A stretch of 64,000 bases of DNA from contig CBFFSA010000006.1 in NCBI GenBank assembly GCA_965644495.1, positions 682,001 to 746,000 on the forward strand. Reading direction: 5' to 3'. Shown here piece by piece: positions 61,287 to 64,000 of this stretch. Both the position numbers and the translations under genes were made by a program. Below the pieces are notes generated by a model that was not told the DNA's origin, did no database searches, and saw only the letters and a list, made by a program, of their open reading frames with translations. The stretch comes from Perkinsela sp. CCAP 1560/9 (taxonomy: Eukaryota; Protista; Euglenozoa: Kinetoplastea). Every line of letters starts with the position of its first letter. The stretch's first letter is position 1.

Positions 61287-61748
61287 TTGGGTTAATCCTT
61301 AAGAGATTTCTTTTCTTTGTATAAGAAGCTCTTCATCTTTCTGATAATTCGTATTCTAAATTGGGATTTTTTGTTAAGGAAAAAATCCGAACCATTGTAT
61401 CTCTTCGCGGTAATCCGTTTTCTGAGAAGTACATGAGACTACGCTGCAATTTTATCTCTCTGGAGTTTGCAATTGATGCTGAGTTCGATGATAGCCCAAG
61501 AAATGCATGTAAAAAGACTCCACTTCACTTTCATCCTCTAGCTGGTATGTACCTTGGAAAGTTGATGACTCTTAGGGAATATGAATGTTTCAGGCTGCCA
61601 AAATCGGTTTTTTTTGTCTTTTACAACCTATGGGCGATTGTACGGATTAAGAATCTAGGAATATCGTACTGATCGCAGTTTTCCAAAAATAGCGGAATCA
61701 AAAATCTCTGTGCATAGATATAATTTTTTTGTTTATCGGTTATCAACA

Positions 61749-62213
61749 ATGTTGCTACTTGAGCAGCCACCACTGGATCCGATGACCGAGGCTCTTACTT
61801 ATGCCAGAGAGACGACTTTAAGCGCTGGAGCAGCTGGTCTGGCAGGGGGATACGTCATGGGGAGTGCTTTCAGCTTTCTTCATGCTATGATTACCGCCGA
61901 GACAACTACCCAAAGCATGGGCATGAAGGATTTTCTTCGCTACTCTGTAAAAACGGCACATCGTAGTGGTTGCAACTTCGCCACCTTTGGCGTATTCTTT
62001 GGAGCCCTCGAGGTGGCTCTAGAAAAACGAAGAGGGAGGAAGGATTTCTGGAACCCGGCCACCTCCGGTGCTCTAATGGGTGGGTACTATGGATGGCGCT
62101 CGTACCGACATATGGGACTCTGGGGTGGGGTGGTCGGTGGAGCCGTGGTCACCGTCTTGTTTGAAAAAATGATTGCTTACATGACAGGTACTCCAATGCA
62201 TCCAACTTATTAA
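61749..62213 (+). CDS. TIM17: Tim17/Tim22/Tim23 family mitochondrial translocase
   Basis: GxxxG TM segments; NFATFGVFFGALEVALEKRRGRKDFWNPATSGALMG family signature. Confidence 0.88.
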   Translation: MLLLEQPPLDPMTEALTYARETTLSAGAAGLAGGYVMGSAFSFLHAMITAETTTQSMGMKDFLRYSVKTAHRSGCNFATFGVFFGALEVALEKRRGRKDFWNPATSGALMGGYYGWRSYRHMGLWGGVVGGAVVTVLFEKMIAYMTGTPMHPTY

Positions 62214-62608
62214 AGGAGACACCATTATTCACTTCTTAATCATTTCACATGTGGCGACTTGTGACGCGCGTATTTCGATTATCGGACTTACCTTGGCTGC
62301 GAATTTCTTAAGTATCATAATTTTATAAAATAATACACTTCATTTTCGTCATCTCTGAGTTTTTCATAAGAATACGGTAAATGTATTTCTGTCCTCGGAT
62401 TCATTGTTATGTTTTACATCTTTTAACTTGTTTTATCGGATGAGATTATCCGGCAGTAGGAAATATTCCGTGGCTCTCAGCTTGGACACTCACGTCTCGC
62501 GATCATCAAAGGTACACAGTATTCTTGCGCAGTTAGTTATTGATGCGCAGTTCTTAGTCTAATATCGAGAATATTAACACCTCGTAGGGCACAGAACGTA
62601 CAGCCTCC

Positions 62609-62893
62609 TTGTGGGATGGAGTTAAGTGCGATGTGAATGGCTCGGTAACGAAGATTTATTGGGGTGGAAGGGGGTTACGTGGCAAACCACGTTGGGACTT
62701 CCTTCCTTCTACCCTTTCTCATCTTGATCTTGGAGTTCTTTTGTTTCCAGAGCGTCGGACGAATCCTTATCTGGGGCGGTGGATGTTGGAGTTCCTCCCA
62801 ACTGCTCAAAATCTTTATCTAGTCTATGGTCTACAGGGCCATCATTTTGCAAAACCGCGATTTCCCTGTTTGGAACTCGAGACGCTGTGGTAA
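62609..62893 (+). pseudogene. Leucine-rich-repeat protein fragment
   Basis: WDGVKCDVNGSVTKIYW..RGLRG..RWDFLPSTLSHLDL (LRR N-cap plus one repeat); no ATG and reading frame disrupted downstream. Confidence 0.55.
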
Positions 62894-63005
62894 ACGATGG
62901 GTAATGGTAGGTCGGAAGGCGCGTATTGTGCGCGTTTAATAATTTTTCGCCGAAAAATCGAGCTATTTTACCCGACAAAATACATTATTCATGATGTTTT
63001 GGCAA

Positions 63006-63397
63006 TTTTTAGTGGCTTCGTTAAACGCGGTGGTAGTTTTCAACGCGAAGCGCGCAGCATGAGTGACTTCTAAGTTGAAAACGACCACCGCGTTTAACGA
63101 AGCCACTAAAAAAATACAATAGGGGAAACAATTATGAAAAATCATTTTTTTGCAAAATATATCCGAAAAATTCCGAACTTGGCGGACCCGTCCTGAGGAT
63201 GCGCGGGGGGCTCACCCCCAGGTATGGGGGTGGAAAATGAGCGCCAAGACCCCGGCTACTCTTTCTGGGGGTTTATTTTGAAAAATATTGTTTTCGAAAA
63301 AATTTCGTGCGGTATGCCCCCCCATGGACCCCCCCCATGGACCCCCGATTTTGTTTCAATTTTGGACCACCGGAGCCCCTTTTTATTTTTTTTCTTC
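63006..63397 (+). mobile_element. Copy D of hairpin-capped repeat family
   Basis: Hairpin 63010-63108 (34/35 arm match) followed directly by a body homologous to the reverse complement of 25770-26098. Confidence 0.82.
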
Positions 63398-63419
63398 GGC
63401 GCGGAAAATGTTTTGGTCC

Positions 63420-63521
63420 TTTTCTGCTAATTTTCTAATATTCCTATACCTCGTTATATTCCTATACCCTCTTAATATTCCTACCAGGAATACAACCGTA
63501 TTAACCCGGACAGTGGTTTAA
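63420..63521 (+). mobile_element. Right end of a MITE related to 26560-26839
   Basis: Ends taacccggacagtggt-ttaa like 26825-26843; preceded by atattcctatacc repeats. Confidence 0.55.
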
Positions 63522-63595
63522 TTCGGTCTACTTTACCTACATGCAATCATCCTAGCGGCCGAGCCAATGAACCTTCTCAAAAAATGTCAAAAAAA

Positions 63596-63682
63596 ACCTA
63601 CACGAAGCTACACGGATTACCACGAACCTACACGTACCTACACAGCTCGTCACGGGCCAACGCAAACTTACACAGACCTACT
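63596..63682. repeat. Degenerate ~10-bp tandem repeat (acctacacgN)
   Basis: acctacacga agctacacgg attaccacga acctacacgt acctacacag... Confidence 0.65.
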
Positions 63683-64000
63683 GCATACTCTCCTATTAAA
63701 CCCCTGGCCAAAATAAGGCACCCCCCTCCAAAATCTCAATGCTTCGCTTGTTTGAGCTAATTTTGGTAGCATTTTATAGATCTCAATGCAAAGAGTTTGC
63801 GCGTTAAGAAACGGAACAAAAAATACAAAATGCATACATTTGAAAGTCTGATTACTACATTTTCACCCTTAAAAATTTCAAAAAAATTACGCCCTTTTAA
63901 ACGAAAAAGTCTTCCCCCCTCTGAGAAATTCAGTTTTTTTCATGTGTTTTCGCTCATTTTTGTTGCAAACGAGAGATCACGCTTCCCTCACGAAGATGAT

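Noticed and set aside
1-64000. tRNA, rRNA or spliced-leader RNA genes; alternative genetic code
   Set aside because: No cloverleaf, rRNA or SL signature recognised by eye (a tRNAscan-SE/Infernal run would be decisive). Conserved genes translate fully with the standard code and use TAA, TAG and TGA as stops.

Overview
Eukaryotic nuclear DNA with kinetoplastid-type organisation. About 30 intronless protein genes all lie on the + strand, consistent with one polycistronic unit, and several have pyrimidine-tract/AG acceptors just upstream of the ATG. Gene content (GP63, a Tim17-family gene, zinc-ribbon and PPR-like proteins, an LRR fragment) suggests a kinetoplastid, possibly Perkinsela-like; this is inference. 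Recognisable genes: RER1, PPCS, Vps54-like, RMD1/DUF155, DUF1796, class-3 lipase, CWC25, PRP5/DDX46, RPC1, an ALG14-ALG13 fusion, RIO2, importin beta, PhyH, DNA ligase I, SPF45, NAC-alpha, RPN10, a DDT-PHD-WHIM protein, GP63, eIF2B-delta, an RFC subunit and Tim17. The intergenic DNA is unexpectedly rich in DNA-transposon-like material: a degenerate Merlin/IS1595 element with an 8-bp TSD, at least six TA-flanked MITE types, a TTAA-flanked MITE, two long foldbacks, and a nest of elements at 25.0-27.8 kb. The most unusual signal is a non-coding repeat family in 4 copies. It is capped by a 99-bp hairpin whose arms co-vary between copies, sits in both orientations relative to the element body, and is echoed by a mini-hairpin of the same motif at the far end. 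Several proteins look like pseudo-enzymes (DEAD-UHM, S4-RluD-like, PhyH with HxN).
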